Positions 1-10,227 of a stretch of 64,000 nt of DNA are shown in pieces. The notes below the pieces were generated by a model. It saw nothing but the letters and a program-made list of their open reading frames with translations. It did not search any database and had not been told where the DNA came from. The stretch is taken from the sequence record MW822008.1, one strand, 5' to 3'. The position numbers and the translations under genes are program-made. The stretch's first letter is position 1, and the number at the start of each line of letters is the position of its first letter.

Positions 1-2227
1 GGAAATCTATGTTACTTGTCAACCCAGCATTACTATTGCTTGTGGTATTTGATGATAAAATTTCAATTTTGTCACTTTGAACACTACCAGTACTAATATC
101 AGTTATCTTTTTAGAAGAAACGAAGTAAAAACGAACTTTATCACCACCAACGAACACATATTCAACGCCATTCGCATCAAATTCCCAGGTTTCAGCAGTA
201 TATTTGATGTTAATCATAACAAGAACTTCATTTCCATTATAAGAAATAGTATCTTCATCAGTACTGATTTCTAATGGAATCCAAGAAGTTGTTTCTTTAT
301 CATGAATAATAACAAAATCTGTCTTTTTATCAAGCATTGCAGCGATTGCTTGCACTTCGACACTATTAAAACGTGTTCTGTATTGTAAAATGTACTCTTG
401 TGCTTGCATATTTGATGAAACTGAAGTACTTAGAACGTAATATCCATTATCAAGAACACTAACAATACTAGCCCACACAGTAGTTCCGGCATTTGAAAAC
501 TTAATCAACGTACCAACTTGATAATTTCCGAATACGTTACCTGTTGCCCCCATAATACGACCATACGTATTAGTTGCGTAATTAGAATTGTATTCAGGTG
601 TCCATTTTTGTTGAATTTCAATACCAATTGTATTCGGTGGATATGCTTGATAACGTTGGATTACAGCATTCTCACCAATCAATGGCTGAATATTATCAAT
701 TACAATACTAGCATTTGTTTTGGTAGTTGGTAATTGTAAAGATTTATTAAATTGTGTGTTTTCTTGATACATTGAACCATCATCACTAAACACATCAGTG
801 TTTTGATACTTACCAGTTGGATCATTAATATCAATGAATCGTGACTGTCCACTATATAAACGGTTAATTGCTTTAGATTTAAGAACTGTGTTACCCAAAC
901 TCAACGGAGCAATGTTATAGTCTTCGCCGTTAACAAAACGGTTTTGAGTGTAATACATTTGTGGAGCACGAGCCTTAATTTGTTCAATTGTTTCTGCACT
1001 TTGTGCACGATCTGATTCATATTGCAATGTGAAACGAATATCCAAAGTACTGGATTCATAGCTTGATTGTGTTTTGGTTCTATAGGTGTATTTTACACTT
1101 TTGTTCTGGATTTCAGACGTTTTAATGTTGTATGTTTCACCATTACTAACACGATACCATACACGATACGTCCCACGAGGAACAACACCACTACGAGAAT
1201 CAGGATACTTAATAGTAATCTGGTCTTTATCACGAGTTGTGACAGCAAAGATTGTTTTTAGTTGACGGTTAACAGTATTGTATGCGATACTTTCCATAGA
1301 TGGAACTTTGGTCCATTTAGTACGTACAATACCATCTTCGTTGATTTCCTGAACCCAAACATCAGTTTCGTTGATATTATCTACGTTGATGTCTTGGATA
1401 CGGTTTTCTTCACGAATATTATATTGGTAATCTTGGTATGTCAATGTCCCTTGAACAAAATAAACGAAGAAACCAGTATTTGGTGAACTAAATCCGTTAC
1501 CATCATTCTGATAAACGATATATTTTTGCTCTTGTGGTTCAGGGTGACGCTCTTCAACACCAACTGCTGTAATATCAGGGTTGACAACTTCAAATGTCAT
1601 CGATTCACCATTAACTGTAGCTGTGAATGGAAGACTTGGTGCTGACATTGGAATTGTATTCATACGATATAGCTGACGAGAAACACCATTGATATCGATA
1701 CGTTTAACCGGATTACCAAACTGGTTAGTACTGACAAATGAACTGTTCATAACTAGAATGAAGTTCTCATACCAGTTTGTGTCCATTGGGTCATTCCAAC
1801 GAATGATTTTATCCTTAAGTGATTCGTTAAAACTATTACGAACGTCTTGGTTGGTTTTTATTTCTGTTAATTTAGCAACTGCACGACCTGGATATGAACG
1901 GCGTGGAGAGTAAGAAATCATTTTTGCGAGTTTCAGTACTGATGCACGACGAGTAGCAGTATCTAGGAAGTTCTCACGAGTGTTTAAATCCATACGGAAT
2001 GCTAAGTTCTGTCCTAGCATAGAAATGGTATCTAGAATAAAGATGAACTGGTCGTTTTCGATCCAGTCGTTGAAAGAATCTGGGTACGTAGCACGTAGAT
2101 AGTCAATCATACTTTGACGGATTGTATCAAAGTCATAAGCTGTTAGATTGATCTTATAAAAGCTTTCATATACTTGAGTCCAATCTTCACCAGCGTATAA
2201 ATTTGATTGCCTTTTTTGTTGTGACAT
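1..2227 (-). CDS. Baseplate wedge subunit, T4 gp6-like (partial, runs off window start)
   Basis: ATG at 2227 read by hand: MSQQKRQSNLYAGEDW...AYDFDTIRQSMIDYLR...ENFLDTATRRASVLKLAKMISYSP, typical gp6-family N-terminus; ATAAATA late motif upstream (2286-2292, minus); absent from ORF track, consistent with no stop inside the window. Confidence 0.85.
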   Translation of the reverse strand, partial: MSQQKRQSNLYAGEDWTQVYESFYKINLTAYDFDTIRQSMIDYLRATYPDSFNDWIENDQFIFILDTISMLGQNLAFRMDLNTRENFLDTATRRASVLKLAKMISYSPRRSYPGRAVAKLTEIKTNQDVRNSFNESLKDKIIRWNDPMDTNWYENFILVMNSSFVSTNQFGNPVKRIDINGVSRQLYRMNTIPMSAPSLPFTATVNGESMTFEVVNPDITAVGVEERHPEPQEQKYIVYQNDGNGFSSPNTGFFVYFVQGTLTYQDYQYNIREENRIQDINVDNINETDVWVQEINEDGIVRTKWTKVPSMESIAYNTVNRQLKTIFAVTTRDKDQITIKYPDSRSGVVPRGTYRVWYRVSNGETYNIKTSEIQNKSVKYTYRTKTQSSYESSTLDIRFTLQYESDRAQSAETIEQIKARAPQMYYTQNRFVNGEDYNIAPLSLGNTVLKSKAINRLYSGQSRFIDINDPTGKYQNTDVFSDDGSMYQENTQFNKSLQLPTTKTNASIVIDNIQPLIGENAVIQRYQAYPPNTIGIEIQQKWTPEYNSNYATNTYGRIMGATGNVFGNYQVGTLIKFSNAGTTVWASIVSVLDNGYYVLSTSVSSNMQAQEYILQYRTRFNSVEVQAIAAMLDKKTDFVIIHDKETTSWIPLEISTDEDTISYNGNEVLVMINIKYTAETWEFDANGVEYVFVGGDKVRFYFVSSKKITDISTGSVQSDKIEILSSNTTSNSNAGLTSNIDF

Positions 2228-2295
2228 AATTTATTCCTTTAAATCAGTAAAGTACTAGTTCAGTACTGGGAATTATATATAGAAATATTTATCCA

Positions 2296-2324
2296 AAAAG
2301 AAAAGCACCCCGAAGAGTGCTTTT
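2296..2324 (-). terminator. Rho-independent terminator (UUCG loop)
   Basis: Minus strand GCACTC-TTCG-GGGTGC followed by TTTTCTTTTT. Confidence 0.85.
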
Positions 2325-2329
2325 ATAAT

Positions 2330-2725
2330 TTACAAAGATGATACAGAATAGGTAGCCATTCTGTTGTTACTTCTTGCATCAAAAACTATAGTTAATTCTT
2401 CAAGAGTATTGAGAACAACATATTCAAGTACTATATCCATCTGATAACCGTACTCAATTCTTGATATTTGAAGTTTCTTTAAGCTTAAACGTGGGTCCAA
2501 GCTAATAATTCTACGGGCATCTGCTTCCAAAAGGTTGATTGTATTATAACCATCCAATTCAAATAGCAAATCCCACGCAATGAACCCATAATCAGCATCA
2601 AATGCACGTTCACCTTTTTTTGTATTGAAATGATTCATTAAATCCTGACGAACCAATTCACTGTCATACAATGTTTCAGTTCTTCCAACTACTGGAGTTG
2701 AAAAACCTTTAAAAACAATTGCCAT
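2330..2725 (-). CDS. Baseplate wedge protein, gp25/GPW-like
   Basis: LMNHFNTKKGER..D.DYG...WDLLFE...I...DPRL pattern of gp25 family; baseplate context. Confidence 0.85.
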   Translation of the reverse strand: MAIVFKGFSTPVVGRTETLYDSELVRQDLMNHFNTKKGERAFDADYGFIAWDLLFELDGYNTINLLEADARRIISLDPRLSLKKLQISRIEYGYQMDIVLEYVVLNTLEELTIVFDARSNNRMATYSVSSL

Positions 2726-2740
2726 TATGTGTTTCCTTTA

Positions 2741-3229
2741 TTATACGGATTCGACGATGCGAGCCATCTTCTCCGCTCTGGATGTGGTTTGTTTGTACCA
2801 CGAACTATCACGCATTTCTTTACCAGCAGTTTTATAATCCCCACGACCGAGAGCAGCCATCGCTTTTTTGAAATTTAAAACTTTTGATTTACCCATTTGG
2901 AACACCATAAACCACAATACACGCTGAACCTGTACTGGAGCAGTCATTCCAAATTGATCATAGATTGATTTTGCGTCATTGTAAGCGGTCTGAGCATCTT
3001 TTATAAGGAGAGCATCAGCTTCTGCTTCAGTGAGTCCATTTTTGAAACTTTCACCCTTAAGTACAAGGTGACCGTAACCAATGGTATCAAGACCTAGACT
3101 GTCTTTATATACCCAAAACTTATCATTTTTAAAATAACCAAGTTTTTTCTGATACGCAATAGTACCTTCAAATTCTTTAATTTCTTTAAAAAATTGTTCG
3201 TCGGTATTTTTGATTTCCCATTTACTCAT
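2741..3229 (-). CDS. Stand-alone T4-type (GH24) lysozyme, probable endolysin
   Basis: EFEG...YKDSLGLDTIGYGHL, MVFQMG, WYKQT..RA motifs; TATAAATA late promoter at 3247-3254 (minus). Confidence 0.9.
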   Translation of the reverse strand: MSKWEIKNTDEQFFKEIKEFEGTIAYQKKLGYFKNDKFWVYKDSLGLDTIGYGHLVLKGESFKNGLTEAEADALLIKDAQTAYNDAKSIYDQFGMTAPVQVQRVLWFMVFQMGKSKVLNFKKAMAALGRGDYKTAGKEMRDSSWYKQTTSRAEKMARIVESV

Positions 3230-3266
3230 AAAGATTTCCTCATTATTATTTATAGTACTGAAATAT

Positions 3267-5930
3267 TTATTGACATGCCTCTAATCTACGTGCCATTAAT
3301 TCAGCACGGCGTGTAGTTTGACGATACCAAGCTGAATTTCGAATTTGAGCAGCAGCTTGCTTGTAGTTACCTTTAGCCATTTCAGATAGCATTGACTTAA
3401 ATTTCATTACACCACCTTTACCCATCTGGAATACCATTTGACATAGAACTTGTTGTGCCATGTAAGGTGTTTTCATCTTATAAGAAGCGTAAATGGATTT
3501 TGCGTCATATATAGCCTTACTACTATCACGCACCAACATATCATTGGCTTCCTGTTCGGTAATCCCACCAGAGAAGTTTTCACCACCAACAATCAAGTGA
3601 CCGTAACCAATAGTTGGGAATCCACGACTATCCAAATATCTCCAAAATTTACCATTGCGGTAATATCCTTTAGCTTGTTGATACGCCATTGTTCCTTCAT
3701 ATTCTTTCAATTCAGAAATAAATTGTGAATCACCCGGAACAACTTTCCAATCAATTGCAGTCTTATCAACATTACCCACATTGTATGATTCTTGTGCAGT
3801 AGGTGCTGGAGTACCCCCTGAACGTTGTGTTCTTCTACGACGAGGGACATGACGAGAACCACGTTGAGAATACCCAGTACCGATAGTTTTAATTTTAGTT
3901 GTTACAACTAATTCATCACTATCAACAGAAGGTTGAACAACAGCTTTCGGTGCTGCTTGGTTCGTTGCTTGTCCTGCAATTAATGTTTTATTTCCCGCTT
4001 CAGAACCTGTACCAGTCTGGGATGCATAGAATAATCCAGGGTCAACTGAACCACTAAATCCTAGTACGTTGGCAGAGGTAACTCTTATTTCAAATTGAAT
4101 AACACCATTAGCTTTACCGATAACTTGACCTTTTTGAACAACGTCTTTATTGAGCAAATCTGATTGAATATTATAAAATACAGATTTATATCCAGACTTA
4201 TGTTGAACCAATAAAGCACCATTAGTGATAACAACTACACCGCCATCTGGAGCTACAACATCACCCTTGCACTGTATTTCCCAGCCACTTCTATCAGCTT
4301 TACCACCACCACTTGTCGGGACACCTTTCCCCCAATAACCGTATTGGCGAATGGTTCCACTACACGGCATGAACATATGAAGACCTTCATACGTAATGCT
4401 ATAACCAGTCATACCAGGATCAGAAGTCATTAAATCTTGTGTTTGAACTTGTTCTGTTTCTGTTGTATAATTTACATATTGAATTGCTTCAGTGTCCTGT
4501 ACTGGAGCTAAAGTTGGAGCTACATCATTAGCAGGTTCAGGTTGAACTGGGGATTCACTATTCCCACTACCACCACCTTGACGTGGAGGTTCAACAGTAC
4601 TGCCGTGATTCTCAGCATCAACCCAAGCCGATATATCATGTATATGATCATTCAAGCCAGCAGATGGGGTGCGGAAGTTTGGTGCATTAAATTCAGCAGT
4701 ACCACTATTACCACCACTGTTAACAGTAAGAGTTTGACCACCACCACTAATAATAGCTGATGAAGAACCAATAAGATTAGCACTGGTAGCAGCAGAGATT
4801 GACGCATTAGAACCAGCAGTTATATCAGTACTGCTACCACTTTGCATACGTAATGAAGCTGCTGTTACTAAACGTAAATCTGCTCCAGCGTTAATAACAA
4901 CCTGACCACCAACTTTAGCATCCAATGCACCAACCAAATCTAGTTTAGTGTTTGCACCAACACGAGCATTGAAGTCTGCTCCACTTTCAATATTATATGA
5001 GCGTCCAGCAACCATGTTAATATCTTGACCTGCACGAATGTTAATATTCTTATCACAGTGCATTTCAATATCACCTTCACCAGTGAATTTAATACGTGCA
5101 GTACCATCACGGTTAATTAAAAGAACATCACCAGAGGCTTCAGATAACAACAACTGTGCACCACTACGTGTTTTAATTACAACGCCTTCATTTTTACGAG
5201 AACCAACACGAGTATCGTTCACTGGGTTATTGAATTGGGTATCCTGATAACCATCTGGATCTTGATCCCATGTAGGTGCTGTTAATTCTTCTTCTGTGTA
5301 ACCATCATCAATAATAAAACTGTTACCACGAGGTGAGGAAAGACCATAAACAGTACTGGTGGTCTGGCGAGTACTGCTACGGTTAGCAACACCCGCTTCC
5401 TCATCATAAAGTAAGTTTTGTTTTTTCAGACCTGCAATAATTGGAACGTTTGCATATTTGTCTTGAGTACTGGTAGAAATTGTATTACGGTCATAATCAG
5501 TTACGGGTAATGGCATATCAGTACCAGCATAGTTGCTTATTTCAGTAGCCATCCCAGGAACCATCGTATTCATACGTTGGTCATAAACACAACCAATCCA
5601 ATACGCTTGGAATGTTCTTGCTTGTGCAAATATAACAACAACAGTACATCCGACATCAGGTGGAACCGCCCAAAAACCATATCCCTTTGGATATTGACCA
5701 TAAGCATCAGCACTTGGTATCCCTGGAGTTTTGCCAGCGAATGGAGACATGTATGATGCTTCAATCCATGACTCTTTTGAATTTTTATCACTTTGTGAAC
5801 CTTGAATCCACACTTTTAGCTTACCGGATTTAGTTGGGTCACGGTTATCCATCACGGTTGCTAGTTGTGGGTACGAAGGGTCAAAACGACCCAACTGTTG
5901 TTGGGCATATTTCTTACTTGTATCTGCCAT
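3267..5930 (-). CDS. gp5/VgrG-like baseplate central spike with C-terminal M23-like and lysozyme domains
   Basis: N-terminal OB-fold motifs (DPTKSGKLKVWI, SPFAG, YGFWAVPPDVG), beta-helix repeats, LNDHIH tip motif, C-terminal YLDSRGFPTIGYGHL lysozyme. Confidence 0.85.
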   Translation of the reverse strand: MADTSKKYAQQQLGRFDPSYPQLATVMDNRDPTKSGKLKVWIQGSQSDKNSKESWIEASYMSPFAGKTPGIPSADAYGQYPKGYGFWAVPPDVGCTVVVIFAQARTFQAYWIGCVYDQRMNTMVPGMATEISNYAGTDMPLPVTDYDRNTISTSTQDKYANVPIIAGLKKQNLLYDEEAGVANRSSTRQTTSTVYGLSSPRGNSFIIDDGYTEEELTAPTWDQDPDGYQDTQFNNPVNDTRVGSRKNEGVVIKTRSGAQLLLSEASGDVLLINRDGTARIKFTGEGDIEMHCDKNINIRAGQDINMVAGRSYNIESGADFNARVGANTKLDLVGALDAKVGGQVVINAGADLRLVTAASLRMQSGSSTDITAGSNASISAATSANLIGSSSAIISGGGQTLTVNSGGNSGTAEFNAPNFRTPSAGLNDHIHDISAWVDAENHGSTVEPPRQGGGSGNSESPVQPEPANDVAPTLAPVQDTEAIQYVNYTTETEQVQTQDLMTSDPGMTGYSITYEGLHMFMPCSGTIRQYGYWGKGVPTSGGGKADRSGWEIQCKGDVVAPDGGVVVITNGALLVQHKSGYKSVFYNIQSDLLNKDVVQKGQVIGKANGVIQFEIRVTSANVLGFSGSVDPGLFYASQTGTGSEAGNKTLIAGQATNQAAPKAVVQPSVDSDELVVTTKIKTIGTGYSQRGSRHVPRRRRTQRSGGTPAPTAQESYNVGNVDKTAIDWKVVPGDSQFISELKEYEGTMAYQQAKGYYRNGKFWRYLDSRGFPTIGYGHLIVGGENFSGGITEQEANDMLVRDSSKAIYDAKSIYASYKMKTPYMAQQVLCQMVFQMGKGGVMKFKSMLSEMAKGNYKQAAAQIRNSAWYRQTTRRAELMARRLEACQ

Positions 5931-5943
5931 CTTAAATTATTCC

Positions 5944-8199
5944 TTATTCAATTATACTATCGTGACGTTTGAGTGCACGAATTACAATTGCAGCCTGAAT
6001 TTGTTGTGTAAATGAACCACCTGCACCAAAATCATGAACAATTTTGTTTACACGATAAACAGTTTGGTTAAATGTAGTTGGGGTATTAATATCAAGAACA
6101 CCAGTGTTATCATTTATAGAAACTACAGGTTGTAATTTCAATAAAAGATATGCTTCAGATGTAATGTAGTTTGCTACATGGTAATCTTCTGGATTAATTT
6201 CCATATCTTCTCCATTAATTACCTGTTCAAGATATTGGATATATGAATAATCACTCCAACCTAACCAATATGGGTCACCAACTACACGCATATCCAATTT
6301 ACACAAGAATGGACGATTGTAATAGTTGTCACGAATTTTACGGCGGTCCATTTCATATGTACTACTGTTATCGTTCAATGATGCAGATAATGTTGTTTCA
6401 TTATTGGTTGCTTCAGTTGGCATTGTGAATACTTCACCATATCGATGACCAATTCCATCGGTTCCACCGTCATTTTCTTCATATGTGGTTACATAATCTT
6501 CAATATACTGTGGTAGAACGTTTACTTGATAGTTATTATAACGATCCTGTTCTTCAGCATTACCAACCTGCATTTGTTCTCTTGCTAAAGTTTCTACTCG
6601 ATTTAAAAGTTGCTCTTGTGCCTGTGTTAATATACCACCAAGATCACGTGTGACGCGTAAATCACTTGTTTTTGCCCACGCATCTGGTATACTGTTGTAC
6701 TGAACACCTTGGATATTCAATTCTTGTGATGTGTGTGTACCAGCATGGTTCGCAACGTCCTGTATTGGACCAGGGTTACGAGTTGTAGCTACAAAGAATT
6801 GCTGATCAAACTTCAAATCAAGGTCTAGAATCTCACTATTGAGTCCACTAAACTGATAATTGTAAGTTTTCATGTTAATCTTTGGTTTTTGGTCATTTGG
6901 GTCTACATATTTCTCGGCATTTTCAAAGAAATACTCAAATGTAAAGTTTTCTGGCTGTAAATCGGATTCATGAACAATATCACCAATTTTAAAACGAACT
7001 ATATAGAAAACAACTTTATAAACTGACGTGTTTCGGTAATTATCAAATCCAACATACTGTTTAAGTGGGATTATATTAACAAATTGACGAACACTAGTAC
7101 TATCATCAGCCTGTACAGTACAGGTATCTATTACGTCATCGATAATTCGAGAAATTGGAGTACTTGGATTCCATGAAAAGTTTTTAGAACCCTGTGCACC
7201 ACTTTTTGTAGCTCCAGCTTCTGCCATCTGTTTAGAATCATAGTTTATAAACAAATCCTGTAAATCTGGTGCAACTTTAAATTCAAAGAACTTCCCTTCT
7301 GCTAACTCACCAAATTTATAACGCAAATAACCATATTGCTGGTCTGCCATTTGATTCAATTTATCTTCCAAATCAAAACAAAAATCACCAAAGTTTTCTG
7401 CTGTGCAGTTAAATGGTTCTTTAAGAGTCCATTCCACATTATCCACTAGAGCCGCACGGTTATGAACAAGACTCATAGAATACATCATAGTACTACCACT
7501 TTGTGATGCACTAGCGGTAACACTGTTAATCTTCACGGACCATCTACGAGTTGTTTCTGGTATAGTTTCAGGTACACCATTAGTATTGAATCCAATAAAT
7601 TTCAATTCTAATATCAAAGGTAAGTCCATGAACTTATGATACCTTAGTTTATTACTTAAAGAAATTAGTTCATCATATAAACTCATACTATTGTTTTCTG
7701 AAAGGTTCAGTACTGCTGTGTTGAAGCAATAGTTGGTTGTCATCCCTGGAGTTGAAGGACCAGCTTGCGTCATCTGAACACTTGTGATATTATACTTTCC
7801 AGTTACACCACTTTCAGAGATGACATGACGTTGAACTTCAGCATCTGGGTAAAGCCAGAAGTTTTTGAAATCATCCTTGTCTAATGCGAAAAGGGAAAAG
7901 TGCCAAGTTGGATTGTCATACTTTAACAATTTATTGTCATAAGGAATAACAAACTCACTTAGATCCAAGTCTTCATACACTTGGTCAACGCTTGCACTTT
8001 GCTTTGGTAAAGACTGTACGTTACTAACCTTAGCTTTAAAATTGTTTTTTACTTTTTCAAGATCATTTTGCAAAGTATTAGCAGTGGCTTTTAAGCTTTC
8101 AATAGTACTTGTTGCAGTTTCTTTTGCTGCCTTTGCAGAACTTGTGATGTTTGAAATATCATTTTTAAAATTATCAACAGAACTTTGTAAATCTGCCAT
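5944..8199 (-). CDS. Virion structural protein, probable baseplate hub component
   Basis: 751 aa ORF between gp53-like and gp5-like genes; C-terminal LDMRVVGDPYWLG and YRVNKIVHDF..GSFTQ resemble hub proteins; family assignment is inference. Confidence 0.55.
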   Translation of the reverse strand: MADLQSSVDNFKNDISNITSSAKAAKETATSTIESLKATANTLQNDLEKVKNNFKAKVSNVQSLPKQSASVDQVYEDLDLSEFVIPYDNKLLKYDNPTWHFSLFALDKDDFKNFWLYPDAEVQRHVISESGVTGKYNITSVQMTQAGPSTPGMTTNYCFNTAVLNLSENNSMSLYDELISLSNKLRYHKFMDLPLILELKFIGFNTNGVPETIPETTRRWSVKINSVTASASQSGSTMMYSMSLVHNRAALVDNVEWTLKEPFNCTAENFGDFCFDLEDKLNQMADQQYGYLRYKFGELAEGKFFEFKVAPDLQDLFINYDSKQMAEAGATKSGAQGSKNFSWNPSTPISRIIDDVIDTCTVQADDSTSVRQFVNIIPLKQYVGFDNYRNTSVYKVVFYIVRFKIGDIVHESDLQPENFTFEYFFENAEKYVDPNDQKPKINMKTYNYQFSGLNSEILDLDLKFDQQFFVATTRNPGPIQDVANHAGTHTSQELNIQGVQYNSIPDAWAKTSDLRVTRDLGGILTQAQEQLLNRVETLAREQMQVGNAEEQDRYNNYQVNVLPQYIEDYVTTYEENDGGTDGIGHRYGEVFTMPTEATNNETTLSASLNDNSSTYEMDRRKIRDNYYNRPFLCKLDMRVVGDPYWLGWSDYSYIQYLEQVINGEDMEINPEDYHVANYITSEAYLLLKLQPVVSINDNTGVLDINTPTTFNQTVYRVNKIVHDFGAGGSFTQQIQAAIVIRALKRHDSIIE

Positions 8200-8210
8200 A
8201 CTTTACTCCA

Positions 8211-8525
8211 TTAACCTATGTTACGAGTACCGTTCAAATAGTTTTGCACTCGTTGATTTGAGGGAACACGAATTGTGATACCACTATTAAAATTGTATAT
8301 TGGGTCTTCTCCTAATATATCAGGATTCAATAGGGCAAATACATAATACAGACGTTCATTACCATACATTTCGTATGCTAAACGCCAAGGTTGATGCTCA
8401 TACTTCAATGGAATTACATAGAAGTCGTCAGTATCAGCAGGAACCATATCACGTGGTAAATTGTAACCAAGATACCACGTTTGTTTAACCTTTGCATAAG
8501 GAGAGTATTGACTATAATTGGACAT
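8211..8525 (-). CDS. gp53-like / LysM-type baseplate wedge protein
   Basis: YEHQPWRLAYEMYGNERLYYVFALLNPD...G..IRVP pattern. Confidence 0.75.
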   Translation of the reverse strand: MSNYSQYSPYAKVKQTWYLGYNLPRDMVPADTDDFYVIPLKYEHQPWRLAYEMYGNERLYYVFALLNPDILGEDPIYNFNSGITIRVPSNQRVQNYLNGTRNIG

Positions 8526-9256
8526 TAGATAAATCCTCCATTACGTAATAGTTCACCACGCTTAAATGCATTTAGGTTGAACTTTTTAGTCATGTAATCA
8601 GATGTTGGTTGTTCTTCAAGTTGAAGCATTACAGATATTTTCTGTGGAACCCATACCTCATCTTGTGGATTCATATATCCAGTACTTCTAAGCTGTTCGA
8701 AGAATTGACGACTATCCATATCAGATAAATTAAAAGTACTATCACTACTATTCAATGGAACCTGAATATAAGAAACATCATTTGGATATGTAAAATTATA
8801 TGCTTTCAAAATAACAGGAATATCATTATATGTATAACGACCATACCCACTTAATAGTAAAATTGGCGGTGGTGCACCTGCAATTGCTAGTTCGGGATTA
8901 TTAGCAGATGCTGCTTGACGACCAAAGTCCATTAAGGACACGGAACGAATAAAATGAACACAAGCCAATGCATACATTGCTTCAGCAGCAGTGTTTGCAT
9001 AAAACTCACCTTGGATAGTGAAAATTGTGTTTGTTGTATTCTTGTAGTTGTTGTAGTTACTGTTAGTATGTATAGGGGACTGTGTTTCATATTGAACCGA
9101 CCTTTGTTCAGTTACAGTTGGGGTTACAGTCCAAACCAAACCATTTGTTGGACGCAGAAACGATAGCAATGTTGGCTCTGAACTGTTGCCAAAATCACCA
9201 TACACATAGTTAGCACCTGCGGTTTTAGGTCTTAATCGGATTCTACGATCAATCAT
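8525..9256 (-). CDS. Baseplate tail-tube cap/initiator (gp48/gp54-like)
   Basis: GAPPPILLLSGYG...DIPVILKAYNFTYPNDVSY motif; start moved to 9256; TATAAATA at 9292-9299 (minus). Confidence 0.6.
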   Translation of the reverse strand: MIDRRIRLRPKTAGANYVYGDFGNSSEPTLLSFLRPTNGLVWTVTPTVTEQRSVQYETQSPIHTNSNYNNYKNTTNTIFTIQGEFYANTAAEAMYALACVHFIRSVSLMDFGRQAASANNPELAIAGAPPPILLLSGYGRYTYNDIPVILKAYNFTYPNDVSYIQVPLNSSDSTFNLSDMDSRQFFEQLRSTGYMNPQDEVWVPQKISVMLQLEEQPTSDYMTKKFNLNAFKRGELLRNGGFI

Positions 9257-9301
9257 CTTTTTGATTCTCCATAAGAAGGGAACATTTGATGTATTTATAC
9301 G

Positions 9302-9330
9302 TGGGACAAAGACGTTTTTGGTGCTATAAT
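9302..9330 (+). promoter_or_regulatory. Phage-specific promoter TGGGACA-N16-TATAAT
   Basis: One of ten same-spacing copies; upstream of gp55/47/46. Confidence 0.8.
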
Positions 9331-9387
9331 AACATTGATGGTACAAGGAATGTACCTATTGGATTTAAAACATGGAGAGTTGAAATA

Positions 9388-10227
9388 ATGACAAATAGGC
9401 CGAAGCGTAAAAAGTATCTTAACAATGCTGATTTACTTCGTGAGATACAAAAAAGTAAAATCTCATATTGCTGGTTACTAGATAAGTGCTACAGTATGTA
9501 CGATTATATCGTTTTTGATGAATCCGAAATTACAGCAGAACTTTTAGATAAAGCTAAAGCAGCACGTATTAAACGTCTCAACAATGAAATGCTTGATGCA
9601 ATTCGTGAAAAAGAAGGTATGAGTGCGAAGAAAGCGAAGGAATACGCAGATGAGCACAATTTAGTACTAACTGATGTACCTATCGATGAGGTGGTTATTC
9701 GTGTAATTACCGATGAACATATCCCAGCAGATACAAGAGTAAATTTTGAACCATTCAAACATTACATTGTAGATGAAGAAGGTATTCTGTACGAAGTTGT
9801 TCGTTCTCACTGGAAAGGTGATCTTGAAGACGGAGAATTCAGTACTGTTCATGGTAAAATCACTAATGAACTAGGTAAAATGTTCATTAAACTGGCAGAG
9901 GAAATCTCACACAAATCCAACTATAGAAACTATACATATTTGGATGAAATGATGGGTGATGCCAGAATACAATTAGTTAAAAACGCACTTCTCTTTAAAG
10001 AGAGTATTCTTTACAAAAAAGATAAACCAGCAGTACAGTTGAATCCTTTCTCTTACTATACTTCGTTCGTTAACAATAGTTTCCGTTCGATTCTTAATAG
10101 TGAGAAAAATGTTCGTAACATCCGAGACGATTTACTTGAGATGCATGGTTTTACACCATCACACACTCGTCAAATCGAAATTGAAATGAACATGATTGAA
10201 AGGAAAAACGAAGATGGCTCTATTTGA
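9388..10227 (+). CDS. gp55: Late-transcription sigma factor, T4 gp55-like
   Basis: KYLNNADLL, ITNELGKMFIKLAEEISHKSNYRNYTYLDEM, NPFSYYTSFVNNSFRSILNSEK match gp55 family; start at 9388 after GGAG. Confidence 0.8.
   Translation: MTNRPKRKKYLNNADLLREIQKSKISYCWLLDKCYSMYDYIVFDESEITAELLDKAKAARIKRLNNEMLDAIREKEGMSAKKAKEYADEHNLVLTDVPIDEVVIRVITDEHIPADTRVNFEPFKHYIVDEEGILYEVVRSHWKGDLEDGEFSTVHGKITNELGKMFIKLAEEISHKSNYRNYTYLDEMMGDARIQLVKNALLFKESILYKKDKPAVQLNPFSYYTSFVNNSFRSILNSEKNVRNIRDDLLEMHGFTPSHTRQIEIEMNMIERKNEDGSI

Noticed and set aside
77-1913. Six short plus-strand ORFs
   Set aside because: Antisense shadows of the long minus-strand gp6-like gene; the same applies to most short nested ORFs in the track.
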